A stretch of DNA of 64,000 nucleotides, taken from NCBI RefSeq assembly GCF_004010195.1, contig NC_057718.1, positions 104,654,619 to 104,718,618 on the forward strand, given 5' to 3'. A model generated the notes under the pieces. That model had not been told where the DNA came from and searched no databases. It worked only from the letters and a program-made list of their open reading frames with translations. The DNA comes from Chiloscyllium plagiosum (Eukaryota). Of this stretch, positions 10,404 to 47,902 are shown piece by piece. The position numbers and the translations under genes are program-made. Positions within the stretch are counted from its first letter, which is position 1. Each line of letters starts with the position of its first letter.

Positions 10404-12575
10404 CATAGAACAGTACAGTACAGGCCCTTCAGCCCTCGATGTTGTGCTGACCTTTTATCCTACTCTAAGGTCAGACTAACCTACATATCTTTCATTTTAC
10501 TGTCATCCATGTGCCTATCCAAGAGTTGCTTAAATGTCCTCGATGTCTCTGACTCTGACTCTACAACCACCGCTGGCAGTACATTCCACATACCCACCAC
10601 TCTCAGTTAAAGAACTGACCTCTGACATCTCTCCTAAACCTTTCTCCAGTCACCTTAAAGTTATGACCCCTCATGATAGACATTTCAGCCCTGGGAAAAT
10701 GGCTCTACTCCATCTATGCCCCTCCACGTCTTGTACCCCTCTATCTAGTCACCTCTCATCCTTCTTCTCTCCAACAAGTAAAGCACTAGCTTCCTCAACC
10801 TTTCTTCATAAGACATGCCCTCCAATCCAGGCAGCATCCTGGTAAATCCCCTCATCACCATCTCTAAAGCTTCCACATCTTCCTTATAATGAGACAACCA
10901 GAACTGAACACAATATTCCAAATGTGGTCTAACCAGGGCTCTCTAGAGTTGCAGCATAACCTTGTAGCTCTTAAACTCAATCCCCTGCTAGGCCAACACA
11001 CCATATGCCTTCTTAACAACCCTATCCACTTGGGTGGCAACTTTGAGGGATCTATAGACATGGACCTCAAGATCCCTGTGTTCCTCCACACTGCCAAGAA
11101 TCTTACCTTTAACCCTGTATTCTGCATTCAAATTTGACATTCCAAAGTGAATCATTTCACACTTTTCCAGGTTGAATTCCACCTGCTATTTATCAGCCCA
11201 GTTCTGCATCTGTCAATGTCCCATTGCAACTACAACAGCCCTCCACACCATCCACAACTCCACCAACTTTCATATCATCGGCAAACCCACCCTTCCACAT
11301 CCTCATCCAAGTGATTTATAAAAATTACAAAGAGCAGAGGTCCTAGAACCAATCCCTGTGGGACACACTGGTCGCCGAGCTCCAGGCTAAATACTTTCCA
11401 TCTACTACCGCCCTCTGTCTTCTGTGGGCCAGCCAATTCTCTATCCAGACAGATAGGTTTCCCTGTATACATTACCTCATTACATTCTGAATGAGCCTAC
11501 CACAGGAAACCTTATCAAACACCTTGCTAAAATCCATGTACACCACATGCACTGCTCTACCTTCATCACTGTGTTTAGTCACATCCTCAAAAAATTCAGT
11601 AAGATTTGTGAGGCATGACCTGCCCTTCACAAAGCCATGCTGACTATCTCTAAGCAAACTATGGTTTTCTGAATAATCATAAATCATGTCTCTCAGAATC
11701 CTCTCCAATACTTTGCCCACCACAGACTTAAGACTGACTGGTCTGTAATTCCCAGGATAATCCCTATTCCCTTTCCTGAACAAGGGAATAACATGTGCCA
11801 CCGTCCAATCATCTGGTACTACTCCAGTGGACAGCGAGGATGCAAAGATCATCGCCAAAGGTGCAGCAATCTCTTCCCTCGCTTTCCATAGTAACCATAA
11901 TCCCGTCTGGCCCAGGGGATGTATCTATCCTTATGCTTTTCGAAAGTTTCAGCACATACTCCTTCTTAACATCAACCTGTATGAGCTTATCAGTCTGTTT
12001 CATGCTGTCCTCAGAAACATCAAGGTCCCTCTCAGTGGTGAATACTGAAGCAAAGTATTCATTAAGGATGTCCCCAACCTCCTCCAACTCCAGGCACACG
12101 TTCCCTCCACTATCCCTGATCGACCCTACCCTCTCTCTGGTCATCCTCTTGTTCCTCACATAAATGTAAAACACCTTAGGGTTTTCCTTAATTCTACCCA
12201 TAAATCTTTTTCATGCCCCCTTCTAGCTTTCCTACATCCATTCTTCAGTTCCTTCCTGGCTACCTTGCAACTCTCTAAAGCTCTGTCTGATCCTTGCATC
12301 TTCAACCTTAAGTAACCTTCCTTCTTCCTCTTGGCTAGATATTCCACATCCCTTGTCACCCAAGGTTCCTTCACCCTACCATCCCTTCCTTACCTCAGTG
12401 GGACAACCCTCTCCAACACCATCAACAAGTGCTGCCAAAACAACCTCCAGATTTCTATCGTGCATTTCCCGGAGAACATCTGTTCCCAATTTAGGTGGCC
12501 CAGTTCCTGCCTAATAGCATTGTAATTCCCCTCTCGCAATTAAATACCTTCCCATATGGTCTGCTCCTATCCCTC
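10404..12575 (-). mobile_element. CR1 LINE ORF2/RT fragment (~2.2 kb, frameshifted)
   Basis: PGNYRPVSL, SQHGFVKGRSCLTNL, VYMDFSKVFDKV, VPQGLVLGPLLFVIFIN, MEFNLEKCEMIHFG. Confidence 0.92.
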
Positions 12576-13384
12576 TTTCCCCTCTTCCCCCTCCCTTTTG
12601 TGAGTTAGTATTGCCTTTAATGGGCTTGACATGTCAACATTGAATTGGCTGCATAGTAAAAACTGCTGGTGCTGGATAGCTTACACAATGATGAATCAGT
12701 CACGGTTATTGTGATACTGGGAAGGTCACTTGGTTGTGTGCGATGACACTTCTGTGTATAAATAATGTTTTAAAAAACTGGTGAAGTGGACCCTTGTGGC
12801 ACAGTGGTAGCGTTCCCCCCCTCTGAGCCAGGAGGCCTGAGATCAAGTGCCACCTGCTCCAGACGTGTCGCAATATCTCTGTACAGGTTGATGAGAAAAT
12901 ACCTGGTGACCTGCTCTGTTCACACATATCGAAAGATTGCTCCACATCTGGAACAGGCTGAACTAAGGCTAGCTGCATGAGACCCTGAGGGTAACTGAAA
13001 CAGCAGGACATTCGGATAATACACTGATATCGAGTCAGCAGGGCACAAGATCAAAAGCTCAGTGTGATTTGCTTTCAGATATTTTCCTCATTACCCTGTT
13101 CAGGGATGTTACTCCATCCCTCTGGAGCAGGTGGGACTTGAACCTGAGCCTCATGGCTCAGAGCTAGGGACACTACCACTCCATCACATGAACTCCCTTT
13201 CTGGCTTCATTTTTCTTTTTTAAATCTAGTAATGTTCTTACATACAACTGAGTTTCCCTTTCCCCCCACCGGCGAAATGGCTTGTGGTAATGTTTACCCA
13301 CCATTGGAAAATCAGCCATATTTTCCAATTGATTCATTTCCCAGCCAATGCACTCCACCAAAGGCTGGGAGAGAGAGAGGGGGA

Positions 13385-13690
13385 GAGGCTACACCACAAT
13401 GGAGTTGGAGGGGAAACTCAAGCGCTGTATCTCCCGTAGTGTCCACCTCTGTCTAAAGCCATCAGGACCAGGTACTCCCTTTCCAAGGACACTCAGGCAC
13501 AAAGGTAACTGAGGAAGAGGGGCAGGCAGTCGGCAGGGATGACTCCGCCCATCCAGGGCCCGCTGCATGGACCTGGTTATAACCAGCCTGGCCAGGCCCA
13601 GGAGCAGACCCACAGGGAGCTCCTCCGATCTGCCTTCCCCCCTTCTCCTCACTGAGTGCTCAAAGATCAGAGTTTTAGGTTGAATTATGA
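13385..13690 (-). mobile_element. Tx1/L1-type ORF2 C-terminal fragment
   Basis: LIFEHSVRRRGEGRSEELPVGLLLGLARLVITRS; homologous to 54660-54939. The same terminus (AFRERWA) occurs at ~9990-10090. Confidence 0.6.
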
Positions 13691-13769
13691 CCAAAGGTAT
13701 AACATTTCCCTGGCTTCACTTCCCCCAGTTACAGAGGATTTAGCTGAGAGAGAGTCAGGGGAAGGTGTT

Positions 13770-14112
13770 GGCTTAGTGGTGTTATTGCTGGACTTTTACT
13801 CCAGAGACCCTGATGTCCCAGGTCCCAGTTCAAATCCCATCACAGCAGTTGGTGAAATTTGAATTCAGTGAAGAATATCCGTAATTAAGAACATACTGAT
13901 AACCATGAAAACATTGTCAATTATTGGCTAAAACCCATCTGACTCACTAATGTCATGTCCTTCAGGGAAGGCAATTTGCCATCCTCACCTGGTATGGCCT
14001 ACATGTGACTCCAGACCCACAGCAACGTGGTTGGCTCTCAACTGCCCCCTGGGTAATCAGGGATAGACCATGAGTGCTGGCCTAACCAGTGACATCCACA
14101 TCCCGTGAATGA
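13770..14112 (+). mobile_element. SacSINE1-like SINE
   Basis: tRNA-like head (TGGCTTAGTGG...GTTCAAATCCC), Deu core GGCCTACATGTGACTCCAGACCCACAGCAA, tail CACATCCCGTGAATGAAT. Confidence 0.7.
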
Positions 14113-14129
14113 ATTTACAAATAGTAAGT

Positions 14130-14520
14130 TCCTCCAAATTATGTAAAACTTTGAGGGGTCCAAAAGGATGATCCAGTCCATGCCCTTGTTGATAAATTTC
14201 TCTGTAATATCCAAAATAACGGGGACTCCCAGCCTCTCCCGAATCACTCCAACACTGATGGCCATGTCTACATGTACCAGGATCCGAAGCTCTGGAATTC
14301 CTTCCATTGTCCTCTCTGCCTCTTGGAGCAAGTTGTTGGGGGAGCTGGGGGGTGGGGGGGTCAGTGTCAGTGGGCACGTGAGAAGCTATCTGGCTGCAAT
14401 TAATATCGGGACATACGGCTAATGTATCCCTCCCCATATTCTGTCCCTTGTCTACATTCAAGATGCTCATTTTTGTTTCAAATTCATCCATCACCATATC
14501 CCTCCCTATCTCCATCACCT
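14130..14520 (+). mobile_element. L2-type LINE RT 3' fragment
   Basis: IQSMPLL...FKMLIFVSNSS-like decayed FKILILVFKSLHGLAPPYL segment. Confidence 0.5.
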
Positions 14521-15582
14521 CCTCCACCAGCCCCCTACAGCCCCCTCCCTATCTCCATCACCGCCTCCACCAGCCCCCTACAGCCCCCTCCCTATCTCCA
14601 TCACCNNNNNNNNNNNNNNNNNNNNNNNNNNNNNNNNNNNNNNNNNNNNNNNNNNNNNNNNNNNNNNNNNNNNNNNNNNNNNNNNNNNNNNNNNNNNNNN
14701 NNNNNNNNNNNNNNNNNNNNNNNNNNNNNNNNNNNNNNNNNNNNNNNNNNNNNNNNNNNNNNNNNNNNNNNNNNNNNNNNNNNNNNNNNNNNNNNNNNNN
14801 NNNNNNNNNNNNNNNNNNNNNNNNNNNNNNNNNNNNNNNNNNNNNNNNNNNNNNNNNNNNNNNNNNNNNNNNNNNNNNNNNNNNNNNNNNNNNNNNNNNN
14901 NNNNNNNNNNNNNNNNNNNNNNNNNNNNNNNNNNNNNNNNNNNNNNNNNNNNNNNNNNNNNNNNNNNNNNNNNNNNNNNNNNNNNNNNNNNNNNNNNNNN
15001 NNNNNNNNNNNNNNNNNNNNNNNNNNNNNNNNNNNNNNNNNNNNNNNNNNNNNNNNNNNNNNNNNNNNNNNNNNNNNNNNNNNNNNNNNNNNNNNNNNNN
15101 NNNNNNNNNNNNNNNNNNNNNNNNNNNNNNNNNNNNNNNNNNNNNNNNNNNNNNNNNNNNNNNNNNNNNNNNNNNNNNNNNNNNNNNNNNNNNNNNNNNN
15201 NNNNNNNNNNNNNNNNNNNNNNNNNNNNNNNNNNNNNNNNNNNNNNNNNNNNNNNNNNNNNNNNNNNNNNNNNNNNNNNNNNNNNNNNNNNNNNNNNNNN
15301 NNNNNNNNNNNNNNNNNNNNNNNNNNNNNNNNNNNNNNNNNNNNNNNNNNNNNNNNNNNNNNNNNNNNNNNNNNNNNNNNNNNNNNNNNNNNNNNNNNNN
15401 NNNNNNNNNNNNNNNNNNNNNNNNNNNNNNNNNNNNNNNNNNNNNNNNNNNNNNNNNNNNNNNNNNNNNNNNNNNNNNNNNNNNNNNNNNNNNNNNNNNN
15501 NNNNNNNNCCCTACAGCCCCCTCCCTATCTCCGTCACTTCTTCCACCAGCCCCCTAATGCCCCCTCCCTATCTCCATCACTC
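14500..15582. repeat. 43-bp minisatellite (CCACCAGCCCCCTACAGCCCCCTCCCTATCTCCATCACCGCCT) spanning an assembly gap
   Basis: Same unit on both sides of the N run 14606-15508. Confidence 0.8.
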
Positions 15583-15685
15583 CCTGCCCTGGATACAGTC
15601 TGGATATAATTCTGTTTTACCACCTAAACTTGGGAGAAGCTGAAAATATACAAACTCCTGCATGGCTACAGAAGGGCTTTAGTTA

Positions 15686-15727
15686 AAAAAAACACAAAAA
15701 TGGCACATTGACAGCATTAACTTTATT
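15686..15727 (-). terminator. Polyadenylation signal AATAAA (15727-15722) with downstream GU/U-rich element
   Basis: Plus-strand TTTATT at 15722-15727; minus-strand TTTTTGTGTTTTTTT begins ~22 nt downstream (15700-15686). Confidence 0.65.
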
Positions 15728-18700
15728 CAAAGAACATTGCAATCCAGTTTGGCAAAAACTCAGTTTACGTCAATATCAGTCAGTAATTTAAATTCACAGC
15801 ATTTGTAATACAGTTCTTAGCAGAATCTATGACATTATTAGATTAGACATTATCAGCAATACTTTACATCAGGACAAGATTAAATTACATCATTTAAACA
15901 AACTAGAGAAAGCTCAATCCCCACTCGTCATGGTAACAAGTGTAAACTCTCATTGTTCTTGTCACTCTGTGAAGAGTTAAGGTGATTGAATAACGTTTGG
16001 AGCTGCAGCATTATTATTACCATTATCAAAAAGAGTTGGAAATAAGGCCACTGTGTTTAGATGAAATAATCACTTGAATTCTGAAATTCTTTTCATGGGC
16101 GCACTTGTCTCCTGCTTCTTGACTTGGAGAAACAGGAAAGTGACATGATCCAGCTGCGAGTATGTTATCTCTACTGTGTGTTACTGTGTTAGATTATGCT
16201 GCTTTGGCTGGTCAGGGCTGTATTGTATTGTACAAAATTGGGCTGGGGTTGTATTGGGTTGTGTTGTGGTTGCATTGGGGTTGGGTTGGGTCATGTTCTG
16301 CTGTATTGGGGTTGGTTGGGGTTATATTAGGTTGTGATGTGGTTGTATGGGGTTGGGTTGTTTTGAGGTTGGGTCGTGTTGCATTGTATTGGGGTTGGGT
16401 TGGGCTGGGTATGGAGTGGGATGAGGCCTTGATTTGAAGATTGTAAGGGGTGGTGTAATTTTTAAATCATTAACTGTTGTAGTAAGCACATAGTAAGTAC
16501 AAAGCCACCATTTTAGTCCTTTCTACCCTGTAGTAAGCACCAGCAGATACTCCCCTAGATTTTCATGAATGGAACAATGGAAACAGCTTTCCTCGTGGCT
16601 GAGGGACTGCCCACAACCCATGGCTGTACATCATCATCCATATAAGGGAGAACGGTGAACTCAAACACTGATTGGCTGGGTGATGAACCAAATAATCTCA
16701 TCCATCAGGGAGGACAGTGGGGAACTTTGACACCCATTGGCTGAGACAGTAGAAGGCCCAGCCCATTACTACATGTATATAATGCGCGGGGATTACAATC
16801 TGTGTGTGTGCCTCGTGGGAAGCCATTGAGGTAACACCCGGTTCTGCAGAACTGAATACATAGTTTTGGACGAACTCCTCCGTGTCTTTGTTCTTGGGAA
16901 GGGAAGCAGAGTGCCTGATGGGGGGTCGCAGAGGTCCCTATCTTGCACAAGATCAGGATGGGAATTAACATGGTCCAGGCAAAGTACAGGATAAAGATAT
17001 TTAGTAACATGTACAGTAAATCAAACCACCTTCTTTAAAACAAAAAGAACATCAGTTCAAAAGAAACTGTAATCGATTCATCTCAACTGAACATTTCTAC
17101 ACCATATCACAATCACGTCAGGATGCAAATCAAGTTTTGAAAAGGAAATTTTTCTCACTGTTATCCAATGACATTGAGTTACCCAGAATACAATTACTTC
17201 ATTGGATAAAGTTTTGTTAAGGTTCCTCAGGATAACTGCTTTACTGTTTCATTCCCTCAGAGATTAGTTCTGACAATTCTGCAATGTGCTTTGACATGAA
17301 GTCAGCGCGGAGGTTAGTAGATACATGTACGCTGAAACCAAGTTCTATCAGGGCTCATGGAGAATGGTTATTGGATCCCGAGTTTGGAATGGACTACCCT
17401 TTTAGGAAGCTGATCTTTCAGATCATTTTCAGCGAGGTGGTGAGACTACCAATGAAATACATCCCCATGGTGATGGACGTGTACCTGGGTTAACTGCTAT
17501 TGTTAATGAGGAGAATGCTAAACTGTGTTGCAAAATGTGTCTTTCAAAGCAAAACTCTCCCAGGAACATTGTGTAACAAGCTGTATGTTAGCGAACACAT
17601 CACCAGCAGTGAGGTACAGTCTAGTCAGTTACTCTACAACTTCCAAAACTGTTGTCAAACGCTTGGTCAGCACATTGTCCATGCCTTTTACTCTCAGTGT
17701 TTTAATCAGGGTGTTTACAAAAGGAAATTACTTCTTTAAAAAACATTCGGAAGAATAAATTTGACAGATGAATAATTTGTGTAAAAGGTACAGTAAAGTC
17801 TCTTGGAAACAACTGCTCGTTCCTTGCTTTATATGCAGAATTTCCACCATTTAATTGCTTAGGAAACCATTCCAACTGGTCTCTGCACCTGAGACCAGAG
17901 AAACACAAAGGCAGGCCCAGGATGGAAGGCTCATCCTACTCAATGTGGTGCCAAGGAATTCTGAAAGCATGTAGACTGCTGCTTATTAAAGCAGCACCAA
18001 GTGGGTGAGGCAAAAACCCTTACCATTTTCCAATCTGTGACCATATTATCTTTCAGCTTGTGGGAATTTCTCACACACACGTCTCTGCACCTCAGCTACT
18101 GATCAGCATGGGTTTGTTGGAGAGGTATGGTCAGGGCAGAGGAAGTAAACAGTAAGGCACAGGGTTAAGCAGGTTAAAGCAACATCTCAAAGCCCATCTG
18201 AAATGAACATTGAGAAACAGAGAAAACTCACAGTGCAGTGGGAGGCCACTTGGTCTGTCATTTTTATGATATATAAACTAATTTCATCTTCAGCTCTTGG
18301 GCCTGACACTAACTGCATATCCAAGTGGTTTTCTTTTTACAAAGAGGGGAGAGTTTCTGCCTCTATCTATATAAGCAGTAAGTTCCAGATCCCCCAGTGT
18401 CTCAGTGAAACGGTCAACTCTCCTCTCGTCCTGGTCAATCCAAATAAAGTATTGTCTCCAAGAGGGTTATGTAACAGAGACCATGAACATCAAAATATTT
18501 GCAAATCTTTTACAGCAACTGACACACTAACACATTCATTACAAGTCATACAGGATACTGTAAATGGCAACATAATACTGCCTCAGTGTGAAAACTTAGC
18601 CATTGACAACAGAACATGTGAAACCTCCTGTCTCAGCCACAACAGAAGGAAAGACTTCAAATACCCTTATCTCTTTTTCTATGAACATCTAAATAGGAAA

Positions 18701-19050
18701 AAGGCAACAGGACAATTAAGAAATATTAAACGTGACTGAAGTTTTTAAACATTATATGTTGTAGGAAGGCCATGGATAACTGAGATCCTGGGCGGCTCCC
18801 TCTGTTTCCATGATGTCTGAATCTAATACTCATGGAATGTTGGTTGGGGATGCTTCCTGCTCATTAATGTTGGATCTTTACTTAAATAATTGCAAAATAA
18901 TTGGTTTGAAGATGACTAAGTAACTGACACCAACACTCACATTAAATAATTAGAAATCAACCATTAACACTGGAGATTATTCTTCCCACGTGAAGGTAGC
19001 TTTCAGGTGGAAAAGGGGTTTCTGAAACAGGGAGAAGTATTTTGATGCCT
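15700..19050 (-). other. SLC1A4: Probable ~3.3 kb SLC1A4 3'UTR
   Basis: Runs from the stop codon to a canonical poly(A) signal; no recognisable SINE/LINE here, unlike the flanks. Confidence 0.6.
16170..16420. repeat. Degenerate (GGGTT/GTGTT/GTATT)n pentamer repeat inside the putative 3'UTR
   Basis: Visible 5-nt periodicity. Confidence 0.7.
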
Positions 19051-44217
<25,167 letters not shown>

Positions 44218-44311
44218 TGCAGGCAGAGCCCTGTCCGTGTCTGGGCAACAGGGAGGTGGATCTGCCTGAGGCCGGAGTCTGCAGGACAGCCAGGGAGACT
44301 GAGGGTGGGTG

Positions 44312-46150
44312 GGTGTGAGAGAGAGAGTGTGTCTGTGAGAGAGAGTCTGTGTCTGTTGAGAGAGAGTGTGTGTGTGTGAGAGAGAGTCTGTGTGTGTGAG
44401 AGAGAGTGTGTGTGGGAGAGAGACAGTGTGTGTGTGAGAGTGTGTGTGCGAGAGACAGAGTGTGTGTGTGAGAGAGAGAGAGTGTGTCTTTGTCTGTGTG
44501 TGTCTATGTGAGTGTCTGTGTCTGTGAGAGAGACTGTGTGTGTATCTGCGTGTGTCTGAGTGTGTGTGAGAGAGTGTGTGAGTGTGAGAGAGAGTGTGTG
44601 TGTGTGACTGAGAGGGTCTGTGAGAGAGAGTGTATGTGAGAGAGTGTGTGTGCATGTGTGTGAGAGAGAGAGTGTGTGTGTGTGGGTGAGAGAGAGTGTG
44701 TGTGTGAGAGAGAGAGTGAGTTTGTGTGAGAGTGTGTGTGAGAGAGAGAGCGTGTGTGAGAGAGAGTCTGTGTGTGAGAGAGAAAGAGTGTGTGTGAGAA
44801 AGTGTGTGTGTGTGAGAAAGTGTGTGTGTGTGAGAGAGAGTGTGTGTGGGAGAGAGAGAGTGAGTGTGTGTGAGAGAGTGTGTGAGTGTGTGTGGGTGAG
44901 AGAGTGTGTGTGTGTGAGAGAGAGAGTGTGAGTGTGTGTGTGTGAGAGAGAGAGTGAGTGTGTGTGAGAGTGTTTGTGTGTGAGAGAGAGAGTGTGTGTG
45001 TGAGAGAGAGAATGTGTCTTTGTCTGTGTGTCTATGTGAGTGTCTGTGTCTGTGAGAGAGACTCTGTGTGTGTGTGTGGGTGAGAGAGTGTGTGTGTGTG
45101 TGAGAACGTGTGTGTGTGAGAGAGAGTGTGCGTGTGCGTGTGAGAGAGAGTGTGTGTGTGTGCGTGAGAGAGAGAGTATGTGTGAGAAAGTGTGTGTGAG
45201 AGAGAGTGTGTGTGTGTGAGAGAGAGAGTGTGTCTGTGTCTGTGCGTCTATGTGAGTGTCTGTGTCTGTGAGAGAGACAGTGTGTGTGTGTCTGCTTGTG
45301 TCTGAGTGTGTGTGTGTGAGAGTGTGTGAGTGTGAGAGAGAGTGTGTGTGTGCGTGAGTGAGAGGGTGCGTGAGAGAGAGTGTATGTGAGAGAGAGAGTG
45401 TGTATGTGTGTGAGAGAGAGCGTGTGTGTGGGAGAGAGTGGGTGTGNNNNNNNNNNNNNNNNNNNNNNNNNNNNNNNNNNNNNNNNNNNNNNNNNNNNNN
45501 NNNNNNNNNNNNNNNNNNNNNNNNNNNNNNNNNNNNNNNNNNNNNNNNNNNNNNNNNNNNNNNNNNNNNNNNNNNNNNNNNNNNNNNNNNNNNNNNNNNN
45601 NNNNNNNNNNNNNNNNNNNNNNNNNNNNNNNNNNNNNNNNNNNNNNNNNNNNNNNNNNNNNNNNNNNNNNNNNNNNNNNNNNNNNNNNNNNNNNNNNNNN
45701 NNNNNNNNNNNNNNNNNNNNNNNNNNNNNNNNNNNNNNNNNNNNNNNNNNNNNNNNNNNNNNNNNNNNNNNNNNNNNNNNNNNNNNNNNNNNNNNNNNNN
45801 NNNNNNNNNNNNNNNNNNNNNNNNNNNNNNNNNNNNNNNNNNNNNNNNNNNNNNNNNNNNNNNNNNNNNNNNNNNNNNNNNNNNNNNNNNNNNNNNNNNN
45901 NNNNNNNNNNNNNNAGAGAGAGAGTGTGTGTCTGTGAGAGAGAGAGTGTGTGTCTGTGTGTGAGAGTGTGTGTCTGTGTCTGTGTCTGTGCGTGTGAGAG
46001 AGAGTGTGTGTGTTTCTGTATGTCTGTGTGAGGGTGTGTGTATCTGTGTGAGGGTGTGTGTGTATCTATGTGAGGGAGTGTATTTGTTTCTCTGAGTGTC
46101 TGTGTGAGAGTGTGTGTCTAAATATGTGTGTGTGTGAGAGAGAGAGAATA
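44312..46150. repeat. Compound (GT)n/(GA)n microsatellite block, ~1.8 kb including a gap
   Basis: Alternating GT and GA tracts with longer internal duplications. Confidence 0.95.
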
Positions 46151-46253
46151 AGAGTGAGCAATCTGAGAGAGAGTGTCTGTCAGAGACTGTCTCTAAGTGC
46201 AGTGTGTGAACAGGATGGGAAACTCAGATAACGGTGCAGGAGGAGCTCTGAGA

Positions 46254-46400
46254 TGATGCAACCTAGCTCAGCTATTGCTGAGAAAATAAATTACCACTGC
46301 CCACTTCTTGATCTGACTCTGAGCTCCAACAGAAATCAGCAAACTCAGAGTAAGAGGCTGCTCCCCATACCCACTGCTTGCTCTCGGGGAATGATGCAAA
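46254..46400. promoter_or_regulatory. Two C/EBP-ATF (AARE/CARE) motifs in the candidate SLC1A4 promoter
   Basis: TGATGCAAC at 46254-46262 and TGATGCAAA at 46392-46400, in the first unique sequence upstream of the microsatellite block. Confidence 0.55.
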
Positions 46401-46489
46401 CCATCCTGAACGGGACACATCGTCTGTCATCATCACCAGTTGGAATTTACTGGGGGGTGAGAAAGTATTGGCATCTCCCAATGCAGCAG

Positions 46490-46985
46490 ACTGCTACAGG
46501 AAGGATGTTGTTAAACATGAAAGGGTTCAGAAAAGATTTACAAGGATGTTGCCAGGATTGGAGGATTTGATCTATAGGGAGAGGTTGAATAGGCCGGTGC
46601 TATTTTCCCTGGAGCGTCGGAAGCTGAGGTTTATAAAATCATGAGAGGCATGGATAGGATAAATAGACAAAGTCTTTTCCCTGGGGTGAGGCAGTCCAGG
46701 ACTAGAGGACATAGATTTAGGGTGAGAAGGGAAAGATATAAAACGGACCTGAGGGGCAACATTTTCACACACAGGGTGGTACGTGTATGGAATGAGCTGC
46801 CAGAGGAAGTGGTGGAGGCTGGTACAAATGCAACATTTAAAAAGCATGTGGTTGGGTATATGAACAGGAAGGGTTTAAAAGAATATGTGCTGGCACTGGG
46901 ACTAGATTAATTTAGGATATCTGGGTCAGCATGGACGATTGGAACAAAGGGCCTGTTTCTGTGCTGTACAGCTGTATGAGTCTAT
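46490..46985 (+). mobile_element. CR1 3' fragment
   Basis: CYRKDVVKHERVQKRFTRMLPGL...VRVWNELPEEVVEAG. Confidence 0.88.
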
Positions 46986-47601
46986 GGCTCCATATTTGAG
47001 TATTGCTGTACTGAAGCTGCTTGAAGCATCCCTCACTGGGTTCAGTGCAGAGGCCTCTGAAAACCCAGAACCTCCTGGCAGTTGTGATAGAGAAGGTCTC
47101 AATAACTTGAAGGGCCTCTGGAAAATTGTACAAGCTAGCAGTAGGTTTAAATCCCTTCCACTGTCCACACATCATTTTTAAAGTTGTCTGGAACTTCCAG
47201 GAAAGACCAGTTTTTAAAAAAATAATCTTTCACTGACAAGTCCAGTGTTTGTTGTCCATTAGAAAAGCAGGTGGGGTTTCATATCCATTGACGATAGATG
47301 TGATGGTCATTATATGGCTGTAATTGAACTGAAATTCCACCTGGTCCCATGGTGGGGTTTGAACTCACATCGCCAGGGCATTAACCTGGGTCTGTAGGTT
47401 AATAATTCCAGAGCCATTGCCCACTACAGCACCATTCCCTGGGCTGCTTGTAGGCTTTTGACAAATGAGGTGTTGCCATTGCAGGGGTTTGCAGAGATGA
47501 GTGAGGAGGTGAGATTGGGAGTCACAGTTCACAAATCTCCAATAATTTGACAATGATTGCACTGCAACCTCTGTTAGCGACACTGTGCTATTGATTGACC
47601 T

Positions 47602-47902
47602 TGGTGGCACAGTGGCTCAGAGATTAGCACTGCTGCCTCACAGCACCATGGACCTGAGTTTGACTCCACCATCAGGTGACTGTCTGTGTGGAGTCTGCAC
47701 GTTTTCCCCGTGTCTGTGTGGGTTTACTCCAGGTGCTCTGCTTTCCACACAGAGTCCAAAGATGTGCAGACTTGGGTGGATTAGCCATGGGTAAATGCAG
47801 GGTTACAGAAATAAGGTAGGGGGTGGGTCTGGGTGGGATGCTCTTCGGACTCAAGACTCAATGGGCTGAATGGCCTGTTTCCACACTGTAGGGATTCTAT
47901 GA
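47602..47902 (+). mobile_element. HE1-type SINE
   Basis: GGTGGCACAGTGGCTCAG...; tail ACACTGTAGGGATTCTATGA. Confidence 0.8.

Noticed and set aside
14422..15609. Long ORFs crossing N runs (also 32806-33646, 45358-46031, 56011-56719)
   Set aside because: Artefacts of translating assembly gaps.
44218..44655. His/Thr/Ser-rich N-terminal extension of the 325-aa ORF
   Set aside because: It is a translation of the CA/CT microsatellite; SLC1 similarity and a strong Kozak ATG begin at 44217.
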